A stretch of 64,000 bases of DNA from Octopus vulgaris (taxonomy: Eukaryota), in assembly GCA_951406725.2 (NCBI GenBank), contig OX597820.1:32178001-32242000 (forward strand), read 5' to 3'. Position numbers and translations under genes: made by a program. Shown here one piece after another: positions 45,345 to 58,855 of the stretch. Below the pieces are notes generated by a model. That model worked only from the letters and a program-made list of their open reading frames with translations. It was not told the origin of the DNA and ran no database searches. The stretch's first letter is position 1. Every line of letters begins with the position of its first letter.

Positions 45345-46029
45345 CATACATACATACGTACACACACATAAATGCACAAAGAGTTACATACACACACACA
45401 CATATTTTTCTGAGGTTCCACGCAGTATACAGCTATTTTACACTGTTCCAGCACAACCACAACCACCACTGCAACCACCATCACCACCACCACCACCACC
45501 ATCACCACCACCGCCGCCGCCACCACCACCACCACCTCCAGCAACACTGACACTCCACCAAAAGAAATCTATTACCACTGATAATAGAATATGGTGAGGG
45601 TACTGCCACATTCCTTACCATATCAACCTCCGCCGTCGCCCCATTCTCACCACCACCACCACCACCACCAGCACATCCACCACCACCAGCACCACCACCA
45701 GCACCAGCACCACCACCACCAGCACCACCTGCACCACCGCCACCGCCGACGCCACCACCACCACCACCACCACCACCACCACTACGACAGCTACCATTAC
45801 GACTAAGCCCCGGCCATTACATCTATCAGACAGGATGCCGCAAGTCTTCGTACTTAAAACCCATAAAGAGCAGCTCAGAAACAGCATCGAAGTGTCAAAA
45901 TTGCTTCTTTGAGTCCAGCCGCGAGTGTGAGCATGTCAAGAGATTAAGTCCACTCGCTTGAGCTTGAATCACCCAGTTAAATGACCATACATACACACAT
46001 GACATATGTGTGTTTTATTATGACTGTTG

Positions 46030-46031
46030 TT

Positions 46032-46080
<49 letters not shown>

Positions 46081-46156
46081 CATTGATCATGATGAGGACA
46101 ATAATAATAAAATTAATAATAATAATGATAACAACAACAACAACAACAACAACAAC

Positions 46157-46191
<35 letters not shown>

Positions 46192-46222
46192 TAATAACGA
46201 TAATAATGATCATCATGATGAC

Positions 46223-46260
<38 letters not shown>

Positions 46261-46615
46261 CAATGATCATGATGAGGACGATAATAATAAAATGAATAAT
46301 AATGATAATAATAATAATAATGATGATAATATTATTATTATTATTATTATTGCTGTTGTTGTTGTTGTTGTTGTTGTTGTTGTGGTTTGTGGTGGTGGTG
46401 GTGGTGGTGATGATGGCGTGGTTGTTATTGTTAGCATAATCATCATCATCGTCGTCGTCGTCGTCATCATCATCATCATCATCTCTTTCTTTTACTTTTT
46501 GTACCTATTATTATTATTATCATCATCATCATCATCATCTTCATCATCATCATCATCATCATTATTATTGTTATTATTGTTATTGTTGTTGTTGTTGTTG
46601 TTGTTGCTGTTGATA
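46030..46615. repeat. (AAT)n/(AAC)n then (ATT)n/(GTT)n/(CAT)n arrays
   Basis: Direct reading; the motif gatcatgatgaggac recurs at about 46085 and 46265. Confidence 0.9.
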
Positions 46616-47060
46616 TTGTTGTTCTTATTATGTTCATTGTTTTATTTTTAGCTGAGAGGTCGTAGGGGAATATGCCATAATTACGAAAATGACATATGGT
46701 CTTGTGCTGTCAAACTTTAATATACGTCGAAACAACAGTAACAACAACAACAGCAGCAACAACAGTAACAACAACAACAACAACAACAACAACAAGAATC
46801 ATTTCGCTTTCACACAAGATGTCGACCATTAACATTCGCTGTGCTGTGTAAATGTGAATTTATGATGCTTATATAAATAACCCATCACTTCAGATAATAC
46901 AGACATCTACACAGCTATACACCATATCTGTCTGACCGGCGCGAGGCTATAATAGAAGACACATGCCCAAGGTGCCACGCAGTGGGACTGAACCCAGTAC
47001 CACGTGGTTGGTAAGCAAGCTACTTTACCACACACCCACTCCTATATATATATATATATG

Positions 47061-47117
<57 letters not shown>

Positions 47118-47121
<4 letters not shown>

Positions 47122-47320
47122 GGAAAGTTTACGAAAATAAACAAAAGATGAAGGCAGGTGGTGTACAAAACAAACAGATGTATTAGTATAACGCTCAGGA
47201 ATAGAAAAAGTCTTTTACGTTTCGAGCCTACGCTCTTCTACAGAAAGATACAAAGAAAAAAAAACAAGGAGAGAAACAAGGAGAGAAAAAATGTGTGTAG
47301 TAGCTAACGATCTATCATAT
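47118..47320 (-). mobile_element. Short repeat carrying a hammerhead-like motif (probable Penelope terminal repeat or non-autonomous derivative)
   Basis: Partial second copy at about 26650-26704 (+); contains the motif at 47211-47248. Confidence 0.6.
47211..47248 (-). ncRNA. Minimal type I hammerhead-like motif with variant core
   Basis: UCUUU CUGUAGA A GAGC-GUAG-GCUC GAAA CG UA AAAGA: 5-bp stem I, 4-bp stem II, palindromic ACGU stem III; core position 6 is U rather than A. Confidence 0.65.
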
Positions 47321-47606
47321 GTGTATGTGTGTGTGAGTGAAATGTTAGTATAATCTGACTCATACATCGTACCACATCTGCATTAAGGATCCAATTGTAG
47401 AGACTCCTTTAAGTCGTTACTGAGAAATTCTAACCCCTCCTGTGCATATATACGCTCATTCGGATAGCGGACTAGTGTACCCCCATTCATTAACGAGGCT
47501 AGAAATTGTAATTTGTGTTTAATTGGAAAGAATTAGATCCTGATAACAGTCAATAATATACATTATTTACATTTTACGGATATTTGTTCTCAGCTTGTTT
47601 GTTGTT

Positions 47607-47652
47607 AACACAACGTTTCGACTGATATATTCACCAGCCTTCATCAGGTGTC
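47607..47652 (-). ncRNA. Minimal type I hammerhead ribozyme
   Basis: GACAC CUGAUGA A GGCUGGUG-AAUA-UAUCAGUC GAAA CG UU GUGUU: intact core, 5-bp stem I, up to 8-bp stem II with G-U pairs, palindromic ACGU stem III, GUU cleavage triplet. Confidence 0.8.
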
Positions 47653-47700
47653 TTGGGGAAATTTCGAACGTGGGTTCTCATTCCTAAGGTATTTTTTCGA

Positions 47701-47702
<2 letters not shown>

Positions 47703-47787
<85 letters not shown>

Positions 47788-47792
47788 CATCA

Positions 47793-47882
<90 letters not shown>
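47703..47882. repeat. (TAT)n array of about 60 units, followed by a degenerate family B SINE (47883-48040, +)
   Basis: Direct reading. Confidence 0.95.
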
Positions 47883-47883
<1 letters not shown>

Positions 47884-48390
47884 GGTGGTGAGCTGGCAGA
47901 ACGGTTAGCACGGCAAGAAAAACGCTTAGCAGTATTTTGTCTGTCTTCATGTTTTGCGTTGAAATATGTACCATTTAAGCACTGGGGTCAATGTTATTGA
48001 CTAGCCCCTTTCCCTCAATTTTCAGGCCTTGTGCCTACAGTAGCCATGATTATTATTATTATCATTATTATTATATTTGGTGCGGAGTAAATCAGACGTG
48101 TTTTCGAACGCTCCAATTAAGTCCTTTTGAAAACAATTGTTTACACCCGTTTGATGCCTTTTTTTCTGTTTGCATTTTGTTCCAAATTCTTAATAGAAAC
48201 ACCAGGAATCTGTCACTGTTTCTGTGTTTGTTTGGCCCGTCGAGGGGGCTATATTCGCATCCCCCCCCCCCACCAAATAAGTTCGGTGGGCGTTTAATCA
48301 TATATTATTCAACAAGATAGCAGAGCGCATCTTGAGAGAGTTAAGAAAAAACTGCCCCTCCCGCAGGTCGAGTTACTGACAACAATACTG

Positions 48391-48754
48391 GAGATCCTAC
48401 AATCACTGGTATTGTGTTGTCGCCTTGAGATGCCACATTTTTCAATTTCTATTAGCAAATCTTTATATTTACTGATCTTGTCAAATTTTTTCGTTGCTAT
48501 ATTGTGATCGCAAGGAATACTTATGTCAATTAATAAATACACCCTCTTTATCTGATCTTTTATAATAACATCCGGTTTATAGCTTTTATAGTTTTGTCGG
48601 TATGTACGGGGAAGTCCCAGCGAATCGACACATTTTCTCCCTCAGTCACAGCTTCAGGATGGTGTTTATACCATTTGTCAGCGATTTTGATTTTATAATG
48701 CCGACATATTGTCCAGTGTAAATACTGGCCGACTCTGTCATGTCTTGCTCTATA
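48391..48754 (-). mobile_element. R4/Dong-type non-LTR retrotransposon fragment (restriction-like endonuclease domain)
   Basis: YRARHDRVGQYLHWTICRHY..WYKHHPE..RWDFPVHTDKTIKA..PDVII..LLIDISIP.D.NI..K.FDKISKYKDL..EIEKMWHL..IPVIVG (RHD, PD..D, KxxKY motifs); frameshifted; abuts an (ATT)n array. Confidence 0.88.
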
Positions 48755-48790
48755 TCATCATCATCATTATTATTATTATTATTATTATTA

Positions 48791-48824
<34 letters not shown>

Positions 48825-48827
48825 TCA

Positions 48828-49040
48828 GTCGGTAAGCTGGCAGAATCGTAAGCACGCCTGACAAAACGCTTATCGGCATTTCGTCAGTTATTAAGTTCTG
48901 ATTTAAAATTCCGTCGAGGTCGACTTTGCATCTTATCCTTTCGGGGCCGATAAAAATAGAAGTACCACTTAAGCACTGGGGTCAATACGGTCAATTTATT
49001 TCCTCCCCCGAACGTGCTGACCACGTGCCAAAATTTGAAG
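48828..49040 (+). mobile_element. Older family B-related SINE with ccaaaatttgaa tail
   Basis: Shared head and central domain; similar old copies at about 33060-33215 and 50170-50360. Confidence 0.75.
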
Positions 49041-49099
49041 CTCGTCTTCTTCTTCTTCTTCTTCTTCTTCTTCTTCTTCTTCTTCTTCTTCTTCTTCTT

Positions 49100-49130
<31 letters not shown>

Positions 49131-49833
49131 GTAGTAGTAGTAGTAGTAGTGGTCGTAATTTGTTCGGAGAGATTCTGTATTACGTTCAACAAAAGCGTGA
49201 GACGGAGTAGTTTGAGAAGAAACGGATCCGTACACAATGTTTACTCGGGATGTGGAGGGAAAAAGGACCGACCAAATATTTGATCATTGAGTAGCAAATA
49301 TTATGACAGCAACTGGCTGGTAGTAGATGCGATGATGGTGGAGGCGGTTGTGGGAACGATGGGCGGGAGAGAGAGAGAGTGAGAGAGAAGAAAAGAGAGA
49401 GGAGCGATAGAGGAGAGATTGAGAGAGAAAGAGAGAAAGAGAGAGAGAGAGGGGGGAAAAGAGAGCGGAGAGATAGAGGAGAGAGAGAGTGAGGAGAAAA
49501 TGACGGAGGCAGACATTAACGTTGATTGCGTTAGAAATTAGCGGGAAGAGACTGCGTGTTTTAAATGGCGGAAAAAAAAAAGAAAAAAAAGAAAAACATT
49601 TATGGCGAGGAGTCGATAGCACAATGGATTGTGTATGGAATGATAGACTCATTGAAGAATGTTAGTGTAGTGGAGGCTGCTGCTTTTGTCAGTGTTGTTG
49701 TTGTTTAGCAGAATTGCAAGAGCATCGGAAAAAATGCTTAGCAATGTTTATTCCGGCTTATTGCGTTTTATGTTCACATGCCGCCGATGCTGACTTTGCC
49801 GTTCGTCCTGTCGACGTCGATAAAATAAGTACC

Positions 49834-50060
49834 TATTTCTTTATTACCCACAAGGGGCTAAACACAGATGGGACAAACAAGGACAGACATAGGTATTAAG
49901 TCGATTACATCGACCCCAGAGCGTAACTAATACTTAATTTATCGACCCCGAAAGGATGAAAGGCAAAGTCGACCTCGGCGGAATTTGAACTCACAATGTA
50001 ACGGCAGACGAAATACCGCTAAGCATTTCGCCCGGCGTGCTAACGTTTCTGCCAGCCTGC
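49834..50060 (-). mobile_element. SINE family B nested in an older plus-strand copy with a perfect 16-bp TSD
   Basis: cgataaaataagtacc at 49818-49833 and 50061-50076; the host copy spans about 49707-50150. Confidence 0.93.
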
Positions 50061-50373
50061 CGATAAAATAAGTACCATTTGAGCACTAGGGTCGATGTAA
50101 TTGACTCAACACCATCTCCACTGATTGCTGTTAGGCTTTTGCCAAAAAATTAGGAAGAATTATTTTTAAGGCGGCAAGCTGGCGGAATATTTAGCGCATC
50201 GAAAGAAACGCACAGCGAACGAAACGCTCGGCAGATATTATCCTTCCGGCTCTTTTTCAGTTCAAACAACACGGCCGAGATCGACATTGACTTGCAGCAT
50301 TTTGAGGTCTAAGCGGCAAATTTTCCCTTAAGATTGCTGGCCTTGTGCCAAAATGTGAAACCACCACCACCAT

Positions 50374-50446
<73 letters not shown>

Positions 50447-50456
50447 GCTGCTGCTG

Positions 50457-50516
<60 letters not shown>

Positions 50517-50818
50517 ATAATAATAATAATACCTCTACTACTACTACTAGTATTTCTTGTATTCTTCAATGTTTGAATTTGCTGAGTTTATCTTCGTTTC
50601 CTTTCAGACGTTCAATATATATATATACACACACATTCACACAGAGAGACATGTAGATAGACGGACGTATATAGACCATAATATATATATATATATATAT
50701 ATACATACATACATACATACATATATATAAATATATTAAAATTGAGTACGGAGGCTACGCCTGTTATATGTCAGGTCTTTTTCTTTTGTGCTTCATTTGT
50801 CATCATTATTATATCATC

Positions 50819-50885
<67 letters not shown>

Positions 50886-51338
50886 CCATGACCAACGTCG
50901 TCGTCGTAGTCATCTGTTTGTCGTTTGCAGCCGTTTCTTTTTAGAACAGATTTTTCTGTACCTCCAATCTCCATTCTAACTCATGTCCAAGATGCCATTC
51001 AAATGAAGCATAGACAATTCTTTGGTCACCTTTGACCTATGGCTGAATGAACAATCCAAAATTGTTGCGATTCCGGTCGCTGAAACATCTACCATTATCT
51101 CCCCTTTGTTATGTTTCCTAATATATGTGTGTATATGTATGTGTGTAAGCGCGTAAAGAAATATACATATACATATACGTATACATATACACATACATAT
51201 ACATACATATATATATATACATACATACATACATACACGTATCCATACATGCATATATATAAATACATATGCATAAGTAAGAACATGTATGTATATACAT
51301 GTGCACGTATGTCTATATATGTATATATATATATATAC

Positions 51339-51375
<37 letters not shown>

Positions 51376-51478
51376 TACGTGTATATATATATATATACGT
51401 GTATATATATATGTAAGCGTGTATATATATATATATATATATATACAGACATTTATATACATACCTTTATACACATAC

Positions 51479-51515
<37 letters not shown>

Positions 51516-52385
51516 CACGTGTATGTGAGTGCGTGCGTATGTGTGTGAGTGTATGTGTTTGTCCATTTATTTTGCGGTAAAAAAAAAAATGCCTTCAGGA
51601 TGTCTTTATTAACAAGTTGCGAGAAAGGGAAACGAAAAATATCCGAGACTTCCTTGCTTGGCGGCCATGTTTGTCATTACAATTCTTCTTTCCAACAGTT
51701 GTTTGGGTTTTAAAGTTTTACTTTCCGATTCTGTCTTCTCTCGAGTCAACGGCATTATATACAATCTTTCTTTATTTCATTGTCTCGCTCTCTTTTCATG
51801 TCTTTTTGTTGGTTCCTGCCAGTTTGTTTGCATTATTTGATAGCGGAAAGAAGCAAAGAAGGAGAGAGAGAAGGCCCAGTGAGTGTGACCGTGAGGATGG
51901 GCGTGCTTGGCTTGGAACATAACATAACATTCAAAGCATTTCTATTTTAGATATAGCTGACCGGACATTAGATTAGCACTATTATTATCATTGCCTCACC
52001 TCCTCCTCGTCGCTGTCTCCACCGCTATCACTACCATCTCTGCCACCATTGCAACCGGCACCACTGCCACCACCACCACCACCACCACCACCACCACCAC
52101 CACCACCACCAAAGCCAGCACCACCAACATTATCATTGTCGTCACCGTTGTCGGCATGATCATTACCGTCATCGTCGTCGTCATCATCATCATCATCACC
52201 ACCACCACCACCACCACCACCACCACCACCACAACCACTACCACCACAACCACCACCACCTCTCTCTTCGCCGTTGTCGTTGTAATTATCCTTATCATCA
52301 TCAACATCATCATTATCATCAATGTCATTATCATCATCAAAATCTCATCATCGCCATTATTATCATCATCCCATTATTATCATCT

Positions 52386-52442
<57 letters not shown>

Positions 52443-52547
52443 TCTTCGTCGTCGTCATGGTCATCATGATCATCGTCATCGTCATGACCACCACCAGCGC
52501 CGTCACCGCCATCACTAATATCATCATCATCATCATCGTCGTCGTCG

Positions 52548-52588
<41 letters not shown>

Positions 52589-53099
52589 GGCATCATCATC
52601 ATCAGCAGCAGCAGCGCCAACGCCGTCGTCATCGTCGTCGTCGTCTTCATTGTAATCATCATGTCTCTAACCTATGTATTCAGACTTAACTAGCACCATT
52701 GAAATGTCCGTTTGGACCAAATCTTTAACGGTTACAACTTTGCTTGGCCACCGGAAAGGCTAGACGTCAGCTTCTTGCAATAATGTATAGTTTGTTATTT
52801 TAGAATAACAAAGGACACAAACACACCCTGACATACATGGACACACACACGCACATACATTTACGAACTCACACACACAGTTGAGAACACACATACACAC
52901 AGTTGCGACCACACACACAGTTGAGGACACACACATACACATAGTTGCGAACAAACACACGTACACATTCACATCTCCTCAGACATACATACATACATAC
53001 ATAATACCTACCTACATACATACATACATACATACATACATACATACACACACACACGCATATATACATACATATATACATACATATATACATACATAT

Positions 53100-53132
<33 letters not shown>

Positions 53133-53625
53133 TACACACACACATACGTACATACATACGTGCGTGCGTACGTACATACATACATACATACAAAGACATA
53201 TACACGCGCACACACATATATACACACAGATAGAAACACATACACCCATAAATGAACGTATCCGTGTACATATACACACGCATGCACGTACGTAAACACA
53301 GAAGAAAATACATAAAGGGTGTATTAAAGCGTGTACACACGATTACGTACATATATGTATACAAGCATAGATACACACATGAATATATATAAAGTTACAC
53401 ATATACACATACATGTAAATATATATGGATACACGTACACGCACACACAAATATTGATATTTACATACAATCATACTTCGATGTAGATAAGCACACAAAC
53501 ATACATATGTACATGACTATATACATATACTTACATGCATACTTAAAAACATACATACACACGAAAACACATACAAGCATACATACATACATACATGCAT
53601 GCATACATACATACATACATACATG

Positions 53626-53657
<32 letters not shown>

Positions 53658-53956
53658 CATGTATACATACATACATATCTGTGTGTGTGTGTTGTATATA
53701 TTTATAGTTAGACAGATTGATAGATAGATAGATAGATATATAGATAGATATGGGAACACATATTTACATACATACATGTATAAAAATATACCTATATGCA
53801 AACATACATATACGCATGCATATATACACGCATGCATGTATACATTCATACATACATACACATATAATTACCTACAAGCATTCATACAGACATAGATATA
53901 TATAGATTTATACATACATACATACATACATACATACATACATACATACATACAAA

Positions 53957-53994
<38 letters not shown>

Positions 53995-54429
53995 TATTTA
54001 TACATATGAACAAACATACGGTTAATCTGTCACTCCACTTTCTTGGAAGAAGAGACTAAAAAAGAAATTGATGCCGAAAATAAGAAAGAAAAATGAAAGA
54101 AGCAAAAAGAAACGAAAACAGTAGAAGACGAAAAGTCTAATAACAAAAACATGCAAAGAGAAAGAAAGTGCCGCAAGCCAACTCCACGACCACCACACTG
54201 ACATCGCAAAAGAAGAGCGTTATCGGCATTGAGGTTGGAGGAGGAGATAGAAATTGGGCTGGGAAGTCAGAAAGTGGGGTGGAGGGAAGTAGACCTGAAA
54301 ACAAAATGTCACAAAAGGGATCAAATGCGGAAAGAAGACAATGACAGAGGAATATATATATGTGTGTGTGTAAATTTGTGTGAGTTTCTTTGTACATGTG
54401 TGTGTGTGTGCGTGTGTGTGTCTGTGTAA

Positions 54430-54472
<43 letters not shown>

Positions 54473-54547
54473 TACATGTATATATGTATGTAATGTATGT
54501 ATATGAAAATACATGTATATCTATATGTATATGAATATATATGTATA

Positions 54548-54609
<62 letters not shown>

Positions 54610-54740
54610 GAGAAAGAGAGAGAGAGAAAGAGAGAGAGATGTATGCATACAGAGTTATATATACATATATGCACATACATAAATGTATTTATGCATCTAT
54701 CTATCTCTATGAATACATACATACATATATACATACATAC

Positions 54741-54778
<38 letters not shown>

Positions 54779-54858
54779 TATTTATATTATACATGTGAAC
54801 AAATGTACACGTACGCACAATACGCACAATACGCACACATACACACACACACAGACAT

Positions 54859-54950
<92 letters not shown>

Positions 54951-55205
54951 ACATAGATTCACATGCAGGAAAGGCACTAGTGAAGAGATAACGGCTGTAA
55001 AGTTAGAAACAGGATCTGTTTAGTCCGCCATTGGTTAATGAAGCCATTGTGATATTTGACATCAGCCAGGGGAGGTCAATGAAAAGGTCAGTTGTAAATA
55101 TTTCTGAATAGAATCTACGGACTATTCTTTTTCGGGATATTTTGGCTTTGTGTGTGTGTGTGTGTTAGGGGTAGGCAACTACATCTACGTATGCATACTT
55201 ATATA

Positions 55206-55253
<48 letters not shown>

Positions 55254-55343
55254 TGTATGCATATATACATATATATATACATATATACATATATATACAC
55301 ACACGTATATATATGTATATACATATATTTATACTTATATAAA

Positions 55344-55383
<40 letters not shown>

Positions 55384-55524
55384 AGTATATACATATTCAT
55401 ATATGAATACATACATACATATATATATGTAAGTATATATATGACATTCGGATGTAAGTTTACGCGAAAACAATTCTAATGTACGCATATTTGTATCATA
55501 TTATCTTACTAAATAGACATAACC

Positions 55525-55567
<43 letters not shown>

Positions 55568-55937
55568 ATTTATATATGCATATATATGTCTACCTATCTA
55601 TCTATCTATCTCTGTATGCATATATATATATATATATACATATTCATACACAGACACTCACACATTCACATATCGTTATATGCATATATATATATATAGA
55701 ATAATACCTTCGTTTCTCTTTCGCTCCTTCTGGCAGATTCTCTTCTCTTTCTTACTGTCTCTGCCCCCCCCCCCTGTGTCCTTCCCCATCTCTTTTTCTA
55801 GAGATTTCTGCGAAAATATAAAACAAAAAAAAATTTTATGTAGATTGATATACCCAAAAAGTACTAAAACGAAGAGTGCTACGAGAAATAAAATTATATA
55901 CATACACACATATATACATATATATAAACATATATAT

Positions 55938-56045
<108 letters not shown>

Positions 56046-58160
56046 AATGGATAACTTCCGGTCTATTGCCGACGTAACTTCCTTCTCTTTTGAATAGTGC
56101 AGAAAGGACAAAAAGTAAAACATGAAAAATAAATAAATAAATAAGAAAATAATAGATAAAAATGAAGAAATAATATGGAAGAAGAAATAAATATATGAAA
56201 ATAGCAAATTGAATAATACGCAAAATTTAAAACCGTTAAATAAAAATACATAAATATATATAAATAAATATATATTGACGTATTTTTATATGTATAATTT
56301 ACATGAATTTAAACGATATAAGTAAACAATATAATTTGATATGTAATTTATAGAATATAGATAATAATAATAACGGTTCATTGTGTGAATGGGGGTGTTG
56401 GAGTGGAAAGAAGCAGTGTTGTTAAAAATGTTCATTGTTGCAGATGTCGGGATTTTAAAGGGTATAAAATGGCGGAGGAAACGGTTGAAGGAAAGGGTGA
56501 AGAGAACGAGGAAAGGAGAAGAAAGCGTTTGGTAGAAAGAGTGGAAGATAATGCGCGGGGAACGAGATGGAGAAGAGGTCGAAGAAGCAGAATGAGACAA
56601 GAAGAGGAGGAAGGTGAAGAGCGGGAGGAGGAGGAGGAAAAGAAGAAGAAGAGGAAAAAGAAGAAGAAGAAGAAGGAGAAGAAGAAGAAGAAAAAGAAGA
56701 AAAAGAAGAAATTGATGATGATGAGAGGATGAAGTTGACGATAATAACGATGATGGTGGTAGTGGTGGTAGTGGTAGTGGCGATGGTGTTGCCGATGACA
56801 GTGACGATGATGATGATCATGATGATCATGATGATCATGATAATGATGATGATGATGATGAGGAGGAGGAGGAGGAAGAGGAGAGAACGACGACATCGAT
56901 GATTATGATGTTGGTGATGATGGTGGTGGTAGTGGTGGTGATGAAGGCGGCGATGATGATAATAATAATGTTAACGACGATGATGATGATAATGATTACA
57001 ATAATGTGGATGAGGAACTAAAATGAGAACTAGAAGAATCAATGAAACTGATTCTAAAAAGAAAAACAAAGACAATAACTCACACGTTCGGACAGATATG
57101 GCTATAAGAACAACAAGAGCAACAAAAACATCAATATTAACAACAACGCTGACGACGACAACAACAACAGCAACAACGATGACGCTGACGACAACAGCAG
57201 TAGTAGCAACATCAACGATAGCAGCAGTAGAGACAGCAGCAGCAGCAGCAGCAGCAGCCGTCCAAGAATTTGGACCTGGTGATCTCCATTTCCAGCGACT
57301 TCGGGGGCCACCTCCCAGTGGTGTCGGGCGTCAACGAAGAGCCATCGACTACAACAAGATGACCAAAGTTTTTTTCCAAGGTCTGGGGTCTCCCGCCCCT
57401 AAACCCTAGACCATCGCCTAATCACCCTTACCCGTCTTGTTGCTTAACAACAACAACAACAGCAACAGCAGCAACAATAACAACAACAATAACAACTGCA
57501 GCATCAGCACCAACAACATGAACAAATACTACAACAAAAATAGCAGCAAAGTCAGTCATAATATGCTTTATTGTTCTTCTAGAAATAGCAGTTAAATCTG
57601 CTTAAATCTATTTTAAATAGAGACATGGAACATTTCTGACTGTACGGTCAATGTTAGGAAAATTTTAACCATCAAACTGTAACCATTAGACTTAAATCAT
57701 AAGACCTTACTTAACCATTGGTCTCAATCTACCAAAATTGTAAATCAAGTCTCATCACAAATCGCACGTTCTTGGATCTGGAGAACTCCGTCTCGGATAA
57801 TATATTCCAAAAAATAAGACTGGTTGGGCACGGCTAGAACGCCGGGAGAACTATAAAGTTTCTTCAAAAATTAGTAGAAGTAAATATCTGGCGTAGCTAT
57901 GTCGATAGTTATTTTTGGAGGTATAATGTTACTTCCGCTTTTTTTCCCCTCTCGACAATTTCCGCCATTGTTGACAGATGTGTCAGACTGAACAGTTTTT
58001 CAGACATGTTTTTCTCCGCAAATAACACCCCTTTACAATTCCTCTAACTACCCCGTTTGTCTCATTGTTTGTAGTTCTACTTAGATTTTTACGATACTTT
58101 AATGTCTGTTTCCGTAGTTTGGTAGACTGACGAAGGGAAACAGGCAAGGAGAAGAGGGCA

Positions 58161-58221
<61 letters not shown>

Positions 58222-58247
58222 TATGAGAGAAAGAGAATATATATATA

Positions 58248-58663
58248 GGCGCAGGAGTGGCTGTGTGGTAAGTAGCTTGCCTACCAACAACATGGTTCCG
58301 GGTTCAGTCCCACTGCGTGGCATCTTGGGCAAGTGTCTTCTGCTACAGCCCCGGGCCGACCAATGCCTTGTGAGTAGATTTGGTAGACGGAAACTGAAAG
58401 AAGCCTGTCGTATATATGTATATATATATATGTATGTGTGTGTGTTTGTGTGTCTGTGTTTGTCTCCCTAGCATTGCTTGACAACCGATGCTGGTGTGTT
58501 TACGTCCCCGTAACTTAGCGGTTCGGCAAAAGAGACCGATAGAATAAGTACTGGGCTTACAAAGAATAAGTCCCGGGGTCGATTTGCTCGACTAAAGGCG
58601 GTGCTCCAGCATGGCCGCCGTCAAATGACTTAAACAAGTAAAAGGGTAAAAGAGAGAGAGTAA
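58248..58663 (+). mobile_element. SINE family A, full-length reference copy
   Basis: GGCGCAGGAGTGGCTGTGTGGT head, GGTTCAGTCCC B box, CORE-like segment, AAAAGAGT-type tail; lies in a (TA)n context. Confidence 0.95.
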
Positions 58664-58855
58664 ATATATATATGTGCGTGTATGTGTGTGTGGGGGGATT
58701 CTTTCTATAACACTCCTCTCTCTCTCTTTCTATGTATATATATATATATATATTGATAGATAGATAGATAGATATAGATAAACAAGTATATGTGTGTCTA
58801 TATGTATATAAATATAACTGCATTTATACTATACATCTATAGCTATACCTAACTA

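Noticed and set aside
57260-57430. GC-richer segment at the end of ORF 57023-57409
   Set aside because: The ORF is mostly trinucleotide-derived, and the unique tail has no recognisable homology or splice sites.
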